Shown here piece by piece: positions 18,553 to 28,518 of a stretch of 64,000 nt of DNA. The translations under genes and the position numbers were made by a program. The stretch comes from Cyanobium sp. (GTDB lineage: Bacteria; Cyanobacteriota; Cyanobacteriia; PCC-6307; Cyanobiaceae): NCBI GenBank assembly GCA_044359075.1, contig JBIKMU010000011.1, positions 7,306 through 71,305 of the forward strand, in the 5' to 3' direction. The notes under the pieces were generated by a model. The model worked only from the letters and a program-made list of their open reading frames with translations. It made no database searches and had not been told where the DNA came from. How positions within the stretch are numbered: position 1 is the first letter of the stretch; every line of letters begins with the position of its first letter.

Positions 18553-19863
18553 ATGTCCGCCCCCATCCCCCTGCAGCCCGCTAATCGGGAACCGGAAGGC
18601 GTCTCGCTCAGCCGATCCCCTTCCCTTGAACTGCCGGCGCGCCCGCAGTCGGGCCCGGTGGCTGGGCTGGCGAGCAGCGGCGGGCCCAACCCGGGCGCCA
18701 CGGCGAAGCCAGCCCGGGGCGAACCAGAAATGGTCTTGCCGCCACCTCCCAGCCCCAGCCCCCGCCGCCGCCGCAATCGCCGCGGTCTCTGGATCGGCCT
18801 GGCCCTGCTGGTGCCCGCCCTGGCGGGCTTGGGCTGGTGGCTGCGGCAACAGGCCCTAGCCAAACGGGATATCGGCCCCTTCACGGTGCTCTCCCGCACC
18901 GGCTCCCTGCCTGGGTTGGTTACCGCCACCGGCGAGCTGGACGCGGTTAATCGGGTCAACGTCAGCCCCAAGCGCCAGGGCCAGTTGATCGAGCTGCTGG
19001 TGGATGAGGGCGATCTGGTGGTGGCGGGCCAACCGATTGCCCGCATGGACGATGGCGACCTGCGCGACCGCATTCAAGAGCTGCAGGCCAATTTGCTGGC
19101 CGCTAAATCCGAACTGGAGCGCAGCCGCAGTGAGCTGCAGCGCAATGAACCGTTGTTTCGTCAAGGGGCCATCAGCCTCAACGAACTAAACCGTTTCCGC
19201 TCGGATTACGAGGTCAAGAGCATGGCCCTCAACGCCGCCGGCCAGCGCATCGAACAGCGCCTGGTCGAGCGGGAAGAGCTCATCATCAGGGCCCCCTTCA
19301 GCGGCGTCATCAGCCAGCGTTTTGCCGAACCCGGCGCCTTTGTCACCCCAACCACCACCGCCTCCGCCACCGCCGGCGCCACCAGCTCATCAATCGTCGA
19401 ACTGGCCCGGGGACTTGAGGTGATCGCCAAGGTTCCCGAAAGCGACCTGGGCCGCCTGCAATTGGGCATGCCCGCCAGTGTTCGGGTCGAATCGTTTCCC
19501 GATCGGCGCTTTGCCGCCCGGCTGCGCCAGATCGCCCCGCGGGCGATCAAAACTAATAACGTGACTTCCTTCGAAGTCAAGTTGCAGTTGACCGAGCCAG
19601 CGCCCCAACTGCGGATTGGCATGACCGCCGACGTTGATTTCAAGACCGGCGACCTGGGTCCCCGCACCCTGGTGCCCACAGTGGCGGTGGTCACCGAAAA
19701 TGGCCGGCCGGGGGTGCTCTTGGTCGGCAAGGACCGGGAGCCCAAGTTTCAGCCGGTGCAACTGGGGGTGAGCAGTGGCCGGGACACCCAGATCATCTCC
19801 GGATTGGCCAGCGACACCCCCATTTTCATCGACCTGCCGCCGTGGGCGAAGAAGCGGCCATGA
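18553..19863 (+). CDS. efflux RND/ABC transporter periplasmic adaptor subunit (HlyD family); start uncertain
   Basis: TM helix, VNVSPKRQG lipoyl half-motif, IRAPFSGVI. Confidence 0.85.
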   Translation: MSAPIPLQPANREPEGVSLSRSPSLELPARPQSGPVAGLASSGGPNPGATAKPARGEPEMVLPPPPSPSPRRRRNRRGLWIGLALLVPALAGLGWWLRQQALAKRDIGPFTVLSRTGSLPGLVTATGELDAVNRVNVSPKRQGQLIELLVDEGDLVVAGQPIARMDDGDLRDRIQELQANLLAAKSELERSRSELQRNEPLFRQGAISLNELNRFRSDYEVKSMALNAAGQRIEQRLVEREELIIRAPFSGVISQRFAEPGAFVTPTTTASATAGATSSSIVELARGLEVIAKVPESDLGRLQLGMPASVRVESFPDRRFAARLRQIAPRAIKTNNVTSFEVKLQLTEPAPQLRIGMTADVDFKTGDLGPRTLVPTVAVVTENGRPGVLLVGKDREPKFQPVQLGVSSGRDTQIISGLASDTPIFIDLPPWAKKRP

Positions 19864-20974
19864 ACCGCAAGGCTGCCGCCACAATGCGACCGCTGGCGTA
19901 GCCATCGCCAAAGGGGTTGTGGGCCATGGCCATGGCCCCGTAGGCCTCGGCGTCGTTCAGCAGGCGGCTGGCTTCGGCGACGATCGTGGCGCTGTCGGTG
20001 CCGATCAGCCTGGCGGTTCCGGCCGCCACCGCCTCGGGCCGCTCGGTGGTGCGCCGCAACACCAACACCGGTTTCCCCAAGGCGGGGGCCTCTTCCTGCA
20101 AACCGCCCGAATCGGTGAGCACCAGGGTGCAGCCGCGCAGGGCCGCCACCAAGTGGTTGTAATCGAGGGGTTCGGTCAGGAAGGCCCGCGGGTGGGAACC
20201 AAGCAGGGCCTGCAGCGGCTCCCGCACGGTCGGGTTGCGATGCAGGGGCAGCAGCAAAGCGGTGTCGGGGTGCAGGTCCAGCAGGGCCAGAAAGCCACGG
20301 CCGATGTCCTCAAGCCGCTCCCCCCAGTTCTCGCGCCGATGGACCGTGGCCAGCAGCACCCGCTGCCGGCGCCAATCCAGCCCCTCCACATGCCATTCGG
20401 GCGTGGTTTCGGCCATCTGCAGCAGGGCATCAATAACCGTGTTGCCGGTGGTGACCGTCTCCCCCACCACCCCTGAGGCCCGCAGGTTGAGGGCCGCCTG
20501 TTCGGTGGGAGCGAAATGCAGCACCGCCAGCTGGGAGATCAGCCGTCGGTTGGCCTCCTCCGGGAAGGGATCAAAGAGGTTGTCGGTGCGCAAACCCGCC
20601 TCGACATGGCCCACGGGCAGGCGCTCGTAGAAGGCCGCCAGGGCACTGGCAAAGGCCGTGGTGGTGTCCCCTTGGACCAAGACGAGGTCGGGCTTGTACT
20701 CAACGAATTCCTGGCGCAGCCCTTCCAGCGCTGCGGTGGTGACGTGGGTGAGGGTTTGGTTGGGGGCCATCAGGGCCAGGTCCCGATCCGCCTTGATGGC
20801 GAACAGGTCCATCACCTGGCTGACCATCTCGCGGTGCTGACCGGTGAGGACCACCCGGCTGCGGAAGTCCCCGCTGGCCTGGAAGGCCCGAATCACCGGT
20901 GCCATTTTGATGGCTTCAGGACGCGTGCCCAGAACAAGGGTGACTAGCGGCAGGTCACCGGTGGAGTTGGACAC
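19826..20974 (-). CDS. wecB: UDP-N-acetylglucosamine 2-epimerase (non-hydrolysing)
   Basis: GTRPEAIKMAP, VQGDTTT, HVEAGLRT, TDSGGLQEEAP, NPFGDG. Confidence 0.96.
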   Translation of the reverse strand: MSNSTGDLPLVTLVLGTRPEAIKMAPVIRAFQASGDFRSRVVLTGQHREMVSQVMDLFAIKADRDLALMAPNQTLTHVTTAALEGLRQEFVEYKPDLVLVQGDTTTAFASALAAFYERLPVGHVEAGLRTDNLFDPFPEEANRRLISQLAVLHFAPTEQAALNLRASGVVGETVTTGNTVIDALLQMAETTPEWHVEGLDWRRQRVLLATVHRRENWGERLEDIGRGFLALLDLHPDTALLLPLHRNPTVREPLQALLGSHPRAFLTEPLDYNHLVAALRGCTLVLTDSGGLQEEAPALGKPVLVLRRTTERPEAVAAGTARLIGTDSATIVAEASRLLNDAEAYGAMAMAHNPFGDGYASGRIVAAALRFMAASSPTAAGR

Positions 20975-21088
20975 GGCCAGGGTGCGGACACCCGGATCCT
21001 AAAGACCGCCATCCTTATTCAAAGATTCAAAGCTGGCAGCATTCAAAGCTGACAGCAAGGTCACAATGCAAGCAGAGTCAAAGATGCC

Positions 21089-22270
21089 ATGACCGATCTG
21101 CACCCCTTGGCGGGATTCCTCCCAGTGGGGACCACACCACCACCGCCGCCCCCACCACCCCTGGCATTCGCCACCCAGCCGCTCCAGCGGGAGGGTCGCT
21201 TCGGGCCCATGCCAGACACGATCGAAGGCATCGTCCGAGTAGCCCATCTCAACAACATCTCCGACGTCCACCTTGGCGTGGGAGAAGAGCCTCGCTACCG
21301 CAGTCGTGGCGACATCTTGCGCACCAATTGGCCTATAACGGATCCCGCCTGTTTTCGCCAGTGGCTGCGGGAGTTGCTGGATCCGGGCGAACTAGATATA
21401 TTTTTAAGAGACAAGGAATACGATACTTCCCATACATTTTCTTTCGCGCGGGTGCGCATCAACCTGCTCGAAACAGTCAACGGCCTAGCCATGGTGCTGC
21501 GCCTGATTCCGACCGAAATCCCCAGCTTCGAAAAGCTGGGCCTGCCGCCGGTGATGAAGGATCTGGCCTGCCAAAGCCGGGGGCTCATCCTGGTGACAGG
21601 CCCCACCGGCTCGGGCAAGACCACGACCATGGCCACCTTAATCAATCATATCAATAACACGATGAAACGCCATATCCTAACCATCGAAGATCCAGTAGAA
21701 TTCATACATGAAAGTCGCCAATCTCTGATTAGACAACGGGAAGTGGGTCAGCACACCCGCGAGTTCCACAATGCCCTGCGCGCCTCCCTACGGGAGGACC
21801 CTGACGTGATTCTGATCGGCGAAATCCGTGACCAAACCACTCTGGCAACGGCCCTTGAGGCCTCCCAGACGGGACACCTGGTGCTGGGCACCCTGCACAC
21901 CAACTCGGCCGTGCGCACCGTGGAGCGGGTGCTTGGCATGTACACCCCCCAAGAAGAACACCTGATACGCCGCTCCCTGGCCGAATCCCTGCTGGCGGTG
22001 ATCTCCCAGGGTCTGCTCAAGACCCTCGATGGCAGTCGGGCCGCCTACTTCGAAATCCTGATCAACACCGATGCTTGCCGCGACTATCTGGAACGCGGTG
22101 AACTCGATGCCATCGAAGAAATCATGGGCCGCAGCAACTTTGACGGCATGCAGACCAGCAACCAATCGCTGCTGAACCTGGTGAACGAGGGTCGCGCCTT
22201 GCCGGAGGAGGCGCTGCTGCACAGCCTCAAACGCAGTGAACTGGCCCAGAGCCTGCGGGGCCGCAGCTGA
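21089..22270 (+). CDS. pilT: type IV pilus retraction ATPase PilT family
   Basis: SDVHL, GPTGSGKTTT, TIEDPVEF, LREDPDVILIGEIRD, GTLHTNSA. Confidence 0.92.
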   Translation: MTDLHPLAGFLPVGTTPPPPPPPPLAFATQPLQREGRFGPMPDTIEGIVRVAHLNNISDVHLGVGEEPRYRSRGDILRTNWPITDPACFRQWLRELLDPGELDIFLRDKEYDTSHTFSFARVRINLLETVNGLAMVLRLIPTEIPSFEKLGLPPVMKDLACQSRGLILVTGPTGSGKTTTMATLINHINNTMKRHILTIEDPVEFIHESRQSLIRQREVGQHTREFHNALRASLREDPDVILIGEIRDQTTLATALEASQTGHLVLGTLHTNSAVRTVERVLGMYTPQEEHLIRRSLAESLLAVISQGLLKTLDGSRAAYFEILINTDACRDYLERGELDAIEEIMGRSNFDGMQTSNQSLLNLVNEGRALPEEALLHSLKRSELAQSLRGRS

Positions 22271-22354
22271 ATCCCGCCAGTCGCCACAACCTCCACCGCG
22301 TCCAGCCCCACCGGGGCCAGCCCCACCGCGTCCAGCCCAAAAGGGGCAAGCCCT

Positions 22355-22555
22355 TCAGGGGTGATGGGAAGCAAGACGGGCCACCAACAGCACGGTCAGG
22401 CCCACGGACAGTCCCACCATGGCCAGACGACCATTCCAGATCTCAGCTTGGGGGGTAAAGCCCCGACGCCAAGAATTGAGCTCCTGGCGGGAAACCGGCT
22501 CTCCGGTGACCTCAGGAGCGTCCACATCAACGGTCGGGTCAGGGGAAGGATCCAC
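22355..22555 (-). CDS. hli: high-light inducible protein (HLIP)
   Basis: GFTPQAEIWNGRLAMVG chlorophyll-binding motif. Confidence 0.92.
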   Translation of the reverse strand: MDPSPDPTVDVDAPEVTGEPVSRQELNSWRRGFTPQAEIWNGRLAMVGLSVGLTVLLVARLASHHP

Positions 22556-22605
22556 GGAAGGGGGTTCGCCGAAGCCTGCGCTGTCAAAAGATCAGGAAAA
22601 TAAAT

Positions 22606-22657
22606 TGAGCGAAGCCCAAGGGCTTGCCTGAGCGAAGCCCAAGGGCTTGCCTGAGCC
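22606..22657. repeat. tandem 23-bp palindromic repeat (2 copies plus a partial)
   Basis: TGAGCGAAGCCCAAGGGCTTGCC x2; internal AAGCCC/GGGCTT hairpin. Confidence 0.85.
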
Positions 22658-22689
22658 AAAACAACGCATGTATTGCACCTTAACGGCAA

Positions 22690-23760
22690 TTAAACGACAT
22701 TTGCCTCACTGCCTTTGGAGCCTCCATAAAGTTCGCCAGCGTCCTCCAGGGCAAGCCTGGCCATCACCCCCAACTCCAGGGGGCTGGTCAGGCCGGCCTC
22801 CAGCCGCTGCACGGCAGCCAGGCCAATCATGGCCGCATTGTCCGTGCAGAACTGCAATGGGGCCCCAAACCAAACCAAACCGGCGGCGGCGGCCCTTCTC
22901 TCCAGCAGGTCTCTTAAACGCAAGTTAGCTGCCACCCCCCCCACCAGCACCAACGTGCCCAAGCCTTGATCCAGAGCGCATTGGCAGCTCCGTTCCACCA
23001 ACACATCGGCCACCACCTGCTCAAAACTGGCGGCCAGGTCGGCGAGCGGCAGGGGGTCCGGCTCCTGTTCCAGTTGGCGCACCTGGCGCAGCATCGCCGT
23101 TTTCAGACCGCTGAAACTGAAGTCATAGGGATGGAAACCCCCTTCGGGTCTGGAGACCCGACCTTTGGGCAAGCGGAACCGGGTGGGATCTCCCGCCAGG
23201 GCCGCCGCCTGAATCGCCGGACCGCCGGGATAGCCGAGGCCCAGCAACCGCGCCACCTTGTCAAAGCATTCACCGGCGGCGTCATCGCGACTGCGACCCA
23301 GCCGGCGGTAACGACCGGGAGCCTCGACCCGCACCAATTCGGTGTGGCCGCCACTGACCAGCAGCACCAGATGGGGCCAGGGCGGGGGGGGCTCCAGCAG
23401 CTGGGCCGAACACAAATGCCCTTCCAGGTGATGCACACCCACAAAGGGCTTGTCATAAAGGCGGGCCAGGGTGCGGGCAGTCACCGAACCAACCAAAAGG
23501 GCCCCCACCAAACCAGGGGCCACGCTGGCGGCGATCCCATCCACGTCGGCCAGCGATAGGCCGCTTTCCCGCACCACCCGCTCGATCAACCCGGGCAGGG
23601 CCTCCACATGGCGTCGCGAGGCGATCTCCGGCACCACCCCGCCCCAGCGAGCATGTTCCTCCACTTGGGATGCCACCGCGCTCGCCAGCACCCGGCGACC
23701 CACCACGATGGCCGCCGCCGACTCGTCACAACTTGTTTCGAGGGCAAGAACCGTGGGCAT
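22690..23760 (-). CDS. tsaD: tRNA N6-adenosine threonylcarbamoyltransferase TsaD
   Basis: [41 protein letters not shown]. Confidence 0.96.
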   Translation of the reverse strand: MPTVLALETSCDESAAAIVVGRRVLASAVASQVEEHARWGGVVPEIASRRHVEALPGLIERVVRESGLSLADVDGIAASVAPGLVGALLVGSVTARTLARLYDKPFVGVHHLEGHLCSAQLLEPPPPWPHLVLLVSGGHTELVRVEAPGRYRRLGRSRDDAAGECFDKVARLLGLGYPGGPAIQAAALAGDPTRFRLPKGRVSRPEGGFHPYDFSFSGLKTAMLRQVRQLEQEPDPLPLADLAASFEQVVADVLVERSCQCALDQGLGTLVLVGGVAANLRLRDLLERRAAAAGLVWFGAPLQFCTDNAAMIGLAAVQRLEAGLTSPLELGVMARLALEDAGELYGGSKGSEANVV

Positions 23761-23856
23761 TGGTCCGGTGGGCCTCTCTTACTGTCACTCGCAGACATCC
23801 TGCCCCCCAGGCAGATCGTTGCTTCCGTTATCCCGGCCCCCCTCACGCCGCCCCCC

Positions 23857-24336
23857 ATGCGCCGTCTTTTCGCCGTTCTCCTCTCCGCGTTCCTCCTGCT
23901 TGGCTTCGCCCCGGTGGCCCATGCCGACATCGGCGGGCTAGTTCCCTGCGCCGAGAATGCCCGCTTCCAGCAACGGGCCGGCACGGCCAAGACCGAGCAG
24001 GCCAGGGCCCGCTTCCAGATGTACAGCAAGGCCCTCTGTGGCGCCGATGGCCTGCCCCATCTGGTTGTTGATGGCCGCTGGAGCCATGCCGGTGATTTCA
24101 TGCTTCCTGGCATTGCCTTCCTTTACATCGCCGGCACCATCGGCTGGGCCGGTCGGGGCTATCTCCAAGCCGTACGGAACCGTAAGGACGCCACCATGCA
24201 CGAGATTCAAATCGACGTGCCCCTGGCCCTGAAATCCACCATCGCCGCAGCCACTTGGCCCCTGGCGGCCCTCAAGGAATTCACCGGCGGCCAGTTGCTG
24301 GAGAACGACAGCAAGGTGACTGTTTCGCCCCGCTGA
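23857..24336 (+). CDS. psaF: photosystem I subunit III PsaF
   Basis: MRRLFAVLLS signal, LCGADGLPHLVVDGR, IAGTIGWAGRGYL, VTVSPR. Confidence 0.96.
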   Translation: MRRLFAVLLSAFLLLGFAPVAHADIGGLVPCAENARFQQRAGTAKTEQARARFQMYSKALCGADGLPHLVVDGRWSHAGDFMLPGIAFLYIAGTIGWAGRGYLQAVRNRKDATMHEIQIDVPLALKSTIAAATWPLAALKEFTGGQLLENDSKVTVSPR

Positions 24337-24388
24337 TTCACCCCGCTGATTCAGTCCCACCCCCTTAACTAATTTTGCTTCGGCAGCC

Positions 24389-24505
24389 ATGAAAAAATTC
24401 CTCACCACCGCCCCAGTCTTTGCCGCCATCTGGTTTGGCATCACCGCAGTTATAATGATCGAATTCAACCACCTCTATCCTGATCTCTTGTTCTACCCTG
24501 GATAA
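24389..24505 (+). CDS. psaJ: photosystem I subunit IX PsaJ (not in ORF track; 38 aa)
   Basis: Manual translation [38 protein letters not shown], directly after psaF. Confidence 0.92.
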   Translation: MKKFLTTAPVFAAIWFGITAVIMIEFNHLYPDLLFYPG

Positions 24506-24528
24506 ATCTTTTGGTCTCAAATTGAGTG

Positions 24529-24556
24529 AAAGCGGTCTGCATAGACCGCTTTTTTA
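24529..24556. terminator. Rho-independent terminator (probably bidirectional, psaJ/gmk)
   Basis: AAAGCGGTCT-GCAT-AGACCGCTTT followed by a T run. Confidence 0.8.
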
Positions 24557-24639
24557 TGCAAATTCCTGGCATCAGGTTGCTGGCGCATCAGGTTGCTGGC
24601 ATCAGGCTGCTGGCCCCAGGCGAAAACGGCCCCAGCGGC

Positions 24640-25203
24640 TCAAGCCAGGCCCAGCAAACGCTCCAATTGCAACAGGGCCTCCTCTAAATCGCCATTCACT
24701 AGCACCGCATCAAATTCCGCCGCCGCCGCCAGTTCCTCCCGGGCCCTTTCCAGGCGGCGAGCGATCGCCGTTTCGCTGTCGGTGCCCCGGCAGCGAATCC
24801 GCCGCTCCAGCTCCGCAAAGCTGGGCGGTGCCAAAAAAATCTGCAGGGCGGCCGGAAAGCTTTGCCGCACCTGCCGGGCCCCTTCCAGCTCAATTTCCAA
24901 CAGCACCGGCCCCTGCTCCAGGTGCCGCTGCACCGATTGCCGCGGCGTGCCATAGAGGTTGCCGGCGAATTCGGCCCACTCCAAAAAGTCGCCGTCGGCG
25001 ATGCGCTGCTCGAAGTCTGGGCGGCTGAGAAAGAAATAATCCCGGCCGTCCTCTTCCCCCTGCCGGGGTGATCGGGTCGTGGCCGAAACCGAAAGCCAGA
25101 TCTGGCTATGGCGCTCCAGCAAGCGCCGCACCAGGGTGCCCTTGCCAACCCCACTGGGTCCTGTGATCACCGCAACGCGCTCGCAGGACGGCTGGGTGGT
25201 CAT
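24640..25203 (-). CDS. gmk: guanylate kinase
   Basis: [38 protein letters not shown]. Confidence 0.96.
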   Translation of the reverse strand: MTTQPSCERVAVITGPSGVGKGTLVRRLLERHSQIWLSVSATTRSPRQGEEDGRDYFFLSRPDFEQRIADGDFLEWAEFAGNLYGTPRQSVQRHLEQGPVLLEIELEGARQVRQSFPAALQIFLAPPSFAELERRIRCRGTDSETAIARRLERAREELAAAAEFDAVLVNGDLEEALLQLERLLGLA

Positions 25204-25343
25204 CGCAGGGGGGTGGGCACCGGATCGCAGAGTAGGGGCGCAGCCGCAGAGAACCCCAAGTGCAGGCGCAGCCTGGCCAGCAACAACACCGCTCTAGCGC
25301 TCCAGGCCCCCCCCGGACGCGGCCGCCCCTGCGTCTGCAAGCG

Positions 25344-26996
25344 ATGGATGCCACCACCCTGCGGGCGGTCCTGGCCGAACTGCGCCAGGTGCTGCTGCCC
25401 AGCCGCTTCGAGAAAGCCCAGCAGAGTGACCCCCACACCCTGCAACTGGCCCTGCGCCATCTTGATGGGGTGCAATGGCTGGAGGCCGGCTGGTTGGCGG
25501 AGGCGCCGCGGCTGCTGGCGATCGGGGCACCGCCCCGCCAAGGCGATGGCAGCACCCTGGCGCGGCAGTTGCAGCATGGTCTCAAGGGCCTGGCGTTGGT
25601 TGCCATCGAGCAGCAGGGTTGGGAGCGCGTCGTCGAACTGGTCTTCGCCCGCCGCCCCGGGGATCCGCCCGAACGGCGTTTGGTGCTCGAACTGATGGGT
25701 CGTCACAGCAATCTCTTTCTGCTGGATGGCGATTTCCGGGTGATCGCCACCGCCCATCAGGTGCGTCCCAACCAATCGCGGCAACGGCCCATCGGCTGCG
25801 GGGACCGCTGGGTGCCGCCGCCGCCCCTTGGCGGCGACCAGCCCCGCCTGGAAGAAAGCCCGGAGCGCTGGCGCCAACGCCTCGCCTTGGTGCCCCTGCC
25901 CCTGGGTCGGGCCCTGCTGACGACCTACCAGGGCATCAGTCCGGCCTTGGCGCGCCAGCTAAGTGGCGACCTGATCGACACCCCCGTCGCCAACCTGGCC
26001 GCCAGCCAGTGGGAGGCCCTCTACAGCAACTGGCAGCGCTGGCTGCAGGCGGTGCAGCAACCACAGCGCCATGGCCTGCGCCTCAGCGACGACGGGGGCT
26101 ACTGCTGTTGGGACAGCAGCCGCCCAGATGGCGCCAGTCCGCTGGCCCTCAACCAGGCCCTCGCCAGCTACTACGGCCCCCGGCTGGAGCAAAGCCGTTT
26201 TGAACAACAGCGCCATGGCCTGAGTCAGAGCCTGCGCTCCCTGGCCGAGCGCGAGCGCTCCAATCTCGATCAACAACAACAGCTACTGGCGGCGGTCCCG
26301 GAAGGCGAAAGCCTGCAACAGCGCGCCGATGCCCTGCTGTGCCAACCGTCCCCGAGCCGCGAGACGATCGACGAGGCCCAGGCGCTCTATCGCCTGGCCC
26401 GCAAACGGCGCCGCTCAGCGGCGGCGATCATGCCGCGGCTGGAGCTGCACCTACAGCGACTGGCCTGGATCGAAGCCAGCCTCACCTTTCTCGACCAGGC
26501 GGAGACCAGCGAGCAACTGGCCGACCTGGCCGAAGAGCTGGACCAGCTGGCGGGTCGCAAGCCAGCTCTGGCCTCCCGCTCCCAGCGGCGCCAGGCCGCC
26601 GCTAGCCAAGCCAAGGGCCAACCGGTACCCCTCGAAGTACGCACAGCCTCCGGCTTGCGGCTGCAGGTGGGCCGCAACCATCGCCAGAACGAGTGGATCA
26701 GCCTGCGGCAGGCACGCCGAGGCGACCTCTGGTTCCACGCCCAGGAGATTCCCGGCAGCCATGTGGTGCTGAAGGCATCTGAGGGCCCTGCGGGCGAGGC
26801 AGACCTGCGGGCGGCCGCGGACTTGGCCGCCCACTTCAGCCGCGGCCGGGGCAATGCCCGGGTCCCGGTGTTGATGGTGCCCACCGAAGATCTGCAGCGG
26901 CTGCCGGGCGCCGCCGCTGGCACGGTGCGCCACCAGGGGGGCGAGCTGTTGTGGGGCGAGCCCCCCAGGGCCCTCAGCCTGCTGCAGGAGCCCTAG
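25344..26996 (+). CDS. Rqc2/FbpA (NFACT) family protein
   Basis: MDATTLRAV, LELMGRHSNL, VGRNHRQNE, WFHAQEIPGSHV. Confidence 0.9.
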   Translation: MDATTLRAVLAELRQVLLPSRFEKAQQSDPHTLQLALRHLDGVQWLEAGWLAEAPRLLAIGAPPRQGDGSTLARQLQHGLKGLALVAIEQQGWERVVELVFARRPGDPPERRLVLELMGRHSNLFLLDGDFRVIATAHQVRPNQSRQRPIGCGDRWVPPPPLGGDQPRLEESPERWRQRLALVPLPLGRALLTTYQGISPALARQLSGDLIDTPVANLAASQWEALYSNWQRWLQAVQQPQRHGLRLSDDGGYCCWDSSRPDGASPLALNQALASYYGPRLEQSRFEQQRHGLSQSLRSLAERERSNLDQQQQLLAAVPEGESLQQRADALLCQPSPSRETIDEAQALYRLARKRRRSAAAIMPRLELHLQRLAWIEASLTFLDQAETSEQLADLAEELDQLAGRKPALASRSQRRQAAASQAKGQPVPLEVRTASGLRLQVGRNHRQNEWISLRQARRGDLWFHAQEIPGSHVVLKASEGPAGEADLRAAADLAAHFSRGRGNARVPVLMVPTEDLQRLPGAAAGTVRHQGGELLWGEPPRALSLLQEP

Positions 26997-27018
26997 CCTC
27001 GCCGAGGAGCAGGGCACC

Positions 27019-27852
27019 ATGAGCGAGAGCACCAACCCAACCACCAACCCAACCACCAGCCCAACCACCAGCCCGGCCACCAATCCGGCCACCATCGTGC
27101 CGCTGGCCAACGCCGACGCCGACGAGTTTCCCGGCGAGGTGGAAATGAGCCTGGTGGACCACCTGGAGGAACTGCGCCGCCGCGTGCTGCGCAGCCTGCT
27201 GGCGGTGGTGGCGGCGGCGGGCCTGTGCCTGGTGTTCGTCAAACCGCTGGTGAAGCTGCTGGAGGTGCCTGCTGCCGGCATCCGTTTTCTGCAACTGGCC
27301 CCTGGGGAGTTCCTGTTGGTCTCCTTGAAAGTGGCCGGTTATGCGGGCCTGACCCTGGCCTTGCCCTACGTGTTATTTGAGGGATTGGCCTTTGTTTTGC
27401 CCGGCCTGACCCGGCGCGAGCGACGCCTGGTGGCACCGGCGGTGGCGGGTTCCAGCGTGCTGTTCGCCGCCGGCCTGGCCTTCGCCTGGTGGGCCCTGGT
27501 GCCGGCGGCCCTGCGCTTTTTGGTCAGCTACGGGGCTGACGTGGTCGAACCGCTCTGGTCGATCGAGCGCTACTTGGATTTCGTGCTGCTGCTGCTGCTG
27601 GCCACCGCCCTTGCCTTCCAATTGCCGGTGCTGCAGCTTTTGCTGGGTGCCCTGGGGCTGATCAACGCCAAGGTGATGCTGGCGGCCTGGCGCTGGGTGG
27701 TGCTGGCCAGTGCCCTGGCCGGCGCTGTGCTCACCCCCTCCACCGATCCGATCACGATGCTGCTGCTCAGCGGCGCCATCACGGCCCTCTATCTGGTGGG
27801 GGTGGCCCTGGTGAGCCTGGTCCAGGGAGTCAAACCGCAGGCCACCACCTAG
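27019..27852 (+). CDS. tatC: twin-arginine translocase subunit TatC
   Basis: EMSLVDHLEELRRR, APGEF, TPSTDPITM; low-complexity (TNPT/TSPT) N-terminus. Confidence 0.95.
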   Translation: MSESTNPTTNPTTSPTTSPATNPATIVPLANADADEFPGEVEMSLVDHLEELRRRVLRSLLAVVAAAGLCLVFVKPLVKLLEVPAAGIRFLQLAPGEFLLVSLKVAGYAGLTLALPYVLFEGLAFVLPGLTRRERRLVAPAVAGSSVLFAAGLAFAWWALVPAALRFLVSYGADVVEPLWSIERYLDFVLLLLLATALAFQLPVLQLLLGALGLINAKVMLAAWRWVVLASALAGAVLTPSTDPITMLLLSGAITALYLVGVALVSLVQGVKPQATT

Positions 27853-27928
27853 GTTCGCTGCCGTCACCCCCGTGCCGATGGCCGTCTCCAGCCCCCCCCC
27901 GTCCCCTGCCGACTGCCCCAACGTCGCC
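27802..27928 (+). repeat. 127-bp direct repeat copy 1 (tatC 3' end plus ampG 5' start); copy 2 at 29509-29635
   Basis: gtggccctggtgagcctggtccagggagtcaaaccgcaggccaccacctagg... occurs twice, 1707 bp apart, with a few mismatches. Confidence 0.92.
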
Positions 27929-28373
27929 ATGCACTGGAACTGGTGGCATTTTGCCAGCATTGATTACAACTGCGATGATCCCAATTTCCATGCCATCTGG
28001 CGCATGAAAGACAGCGGCTTGCCAATAATGTGGATACGGAAAAAGGAAATTACGACTATCTAATGGGTTGTGATCTCAACATGAATCACCCCGAGGTCAG
28101 CGGCGAGCTCAAACACTGGGGCAAGTGGATGCTTAACAGCATCGGCATCGAAAGCTTCCGCCTGGATGCGCTTAAACACATCGACGGCAATTTCTGCATC
28201 GACTGGATCAGCGACCGCGAAACACACTGTGGCCATAAACTATTTGTCGCGGCGAATACTGGAGCTACGACCTGGCCTGCATCAACTGGTATTTCAGCAA
28301 AACCGCTGGCAATATGTCACTGTTTGACGCCCCCCCTCCATCTCAACTCGGTGTCTGCCTGGGTCGAAGCCGC
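27929..28373 (+). pseudogene. degenerate alpha-amylase fragment (copy of about 31666-32086 joined to about 32653-32678)
   Basis: Roughly 93% identical by eye to the intact gene; 1-bp indels cause frameshifts; internal deletion. Confidence 0.9.
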
Positions 28374-28518
28374 GGCATGGGGCCCCTTCTTGGCCTTGTC
28401 GACCAGGGCTTGCTTGGTGGCTTCGGTTTCGACAAGCCTGCCTCTGTGTCGGCGTTAGCTTGTTGATCAATGCGGTTTATGGTATGTTCAAAACGTATCT
28501 ATTTACGCTGAAAAGCCG

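Noticed and set aside
27929-28373. Amylase duplicate as a DGR template/variable repeat pair
   Set aside because: Mismatches are not adenine-specific, include indels, and no reverse transcriptase is present.
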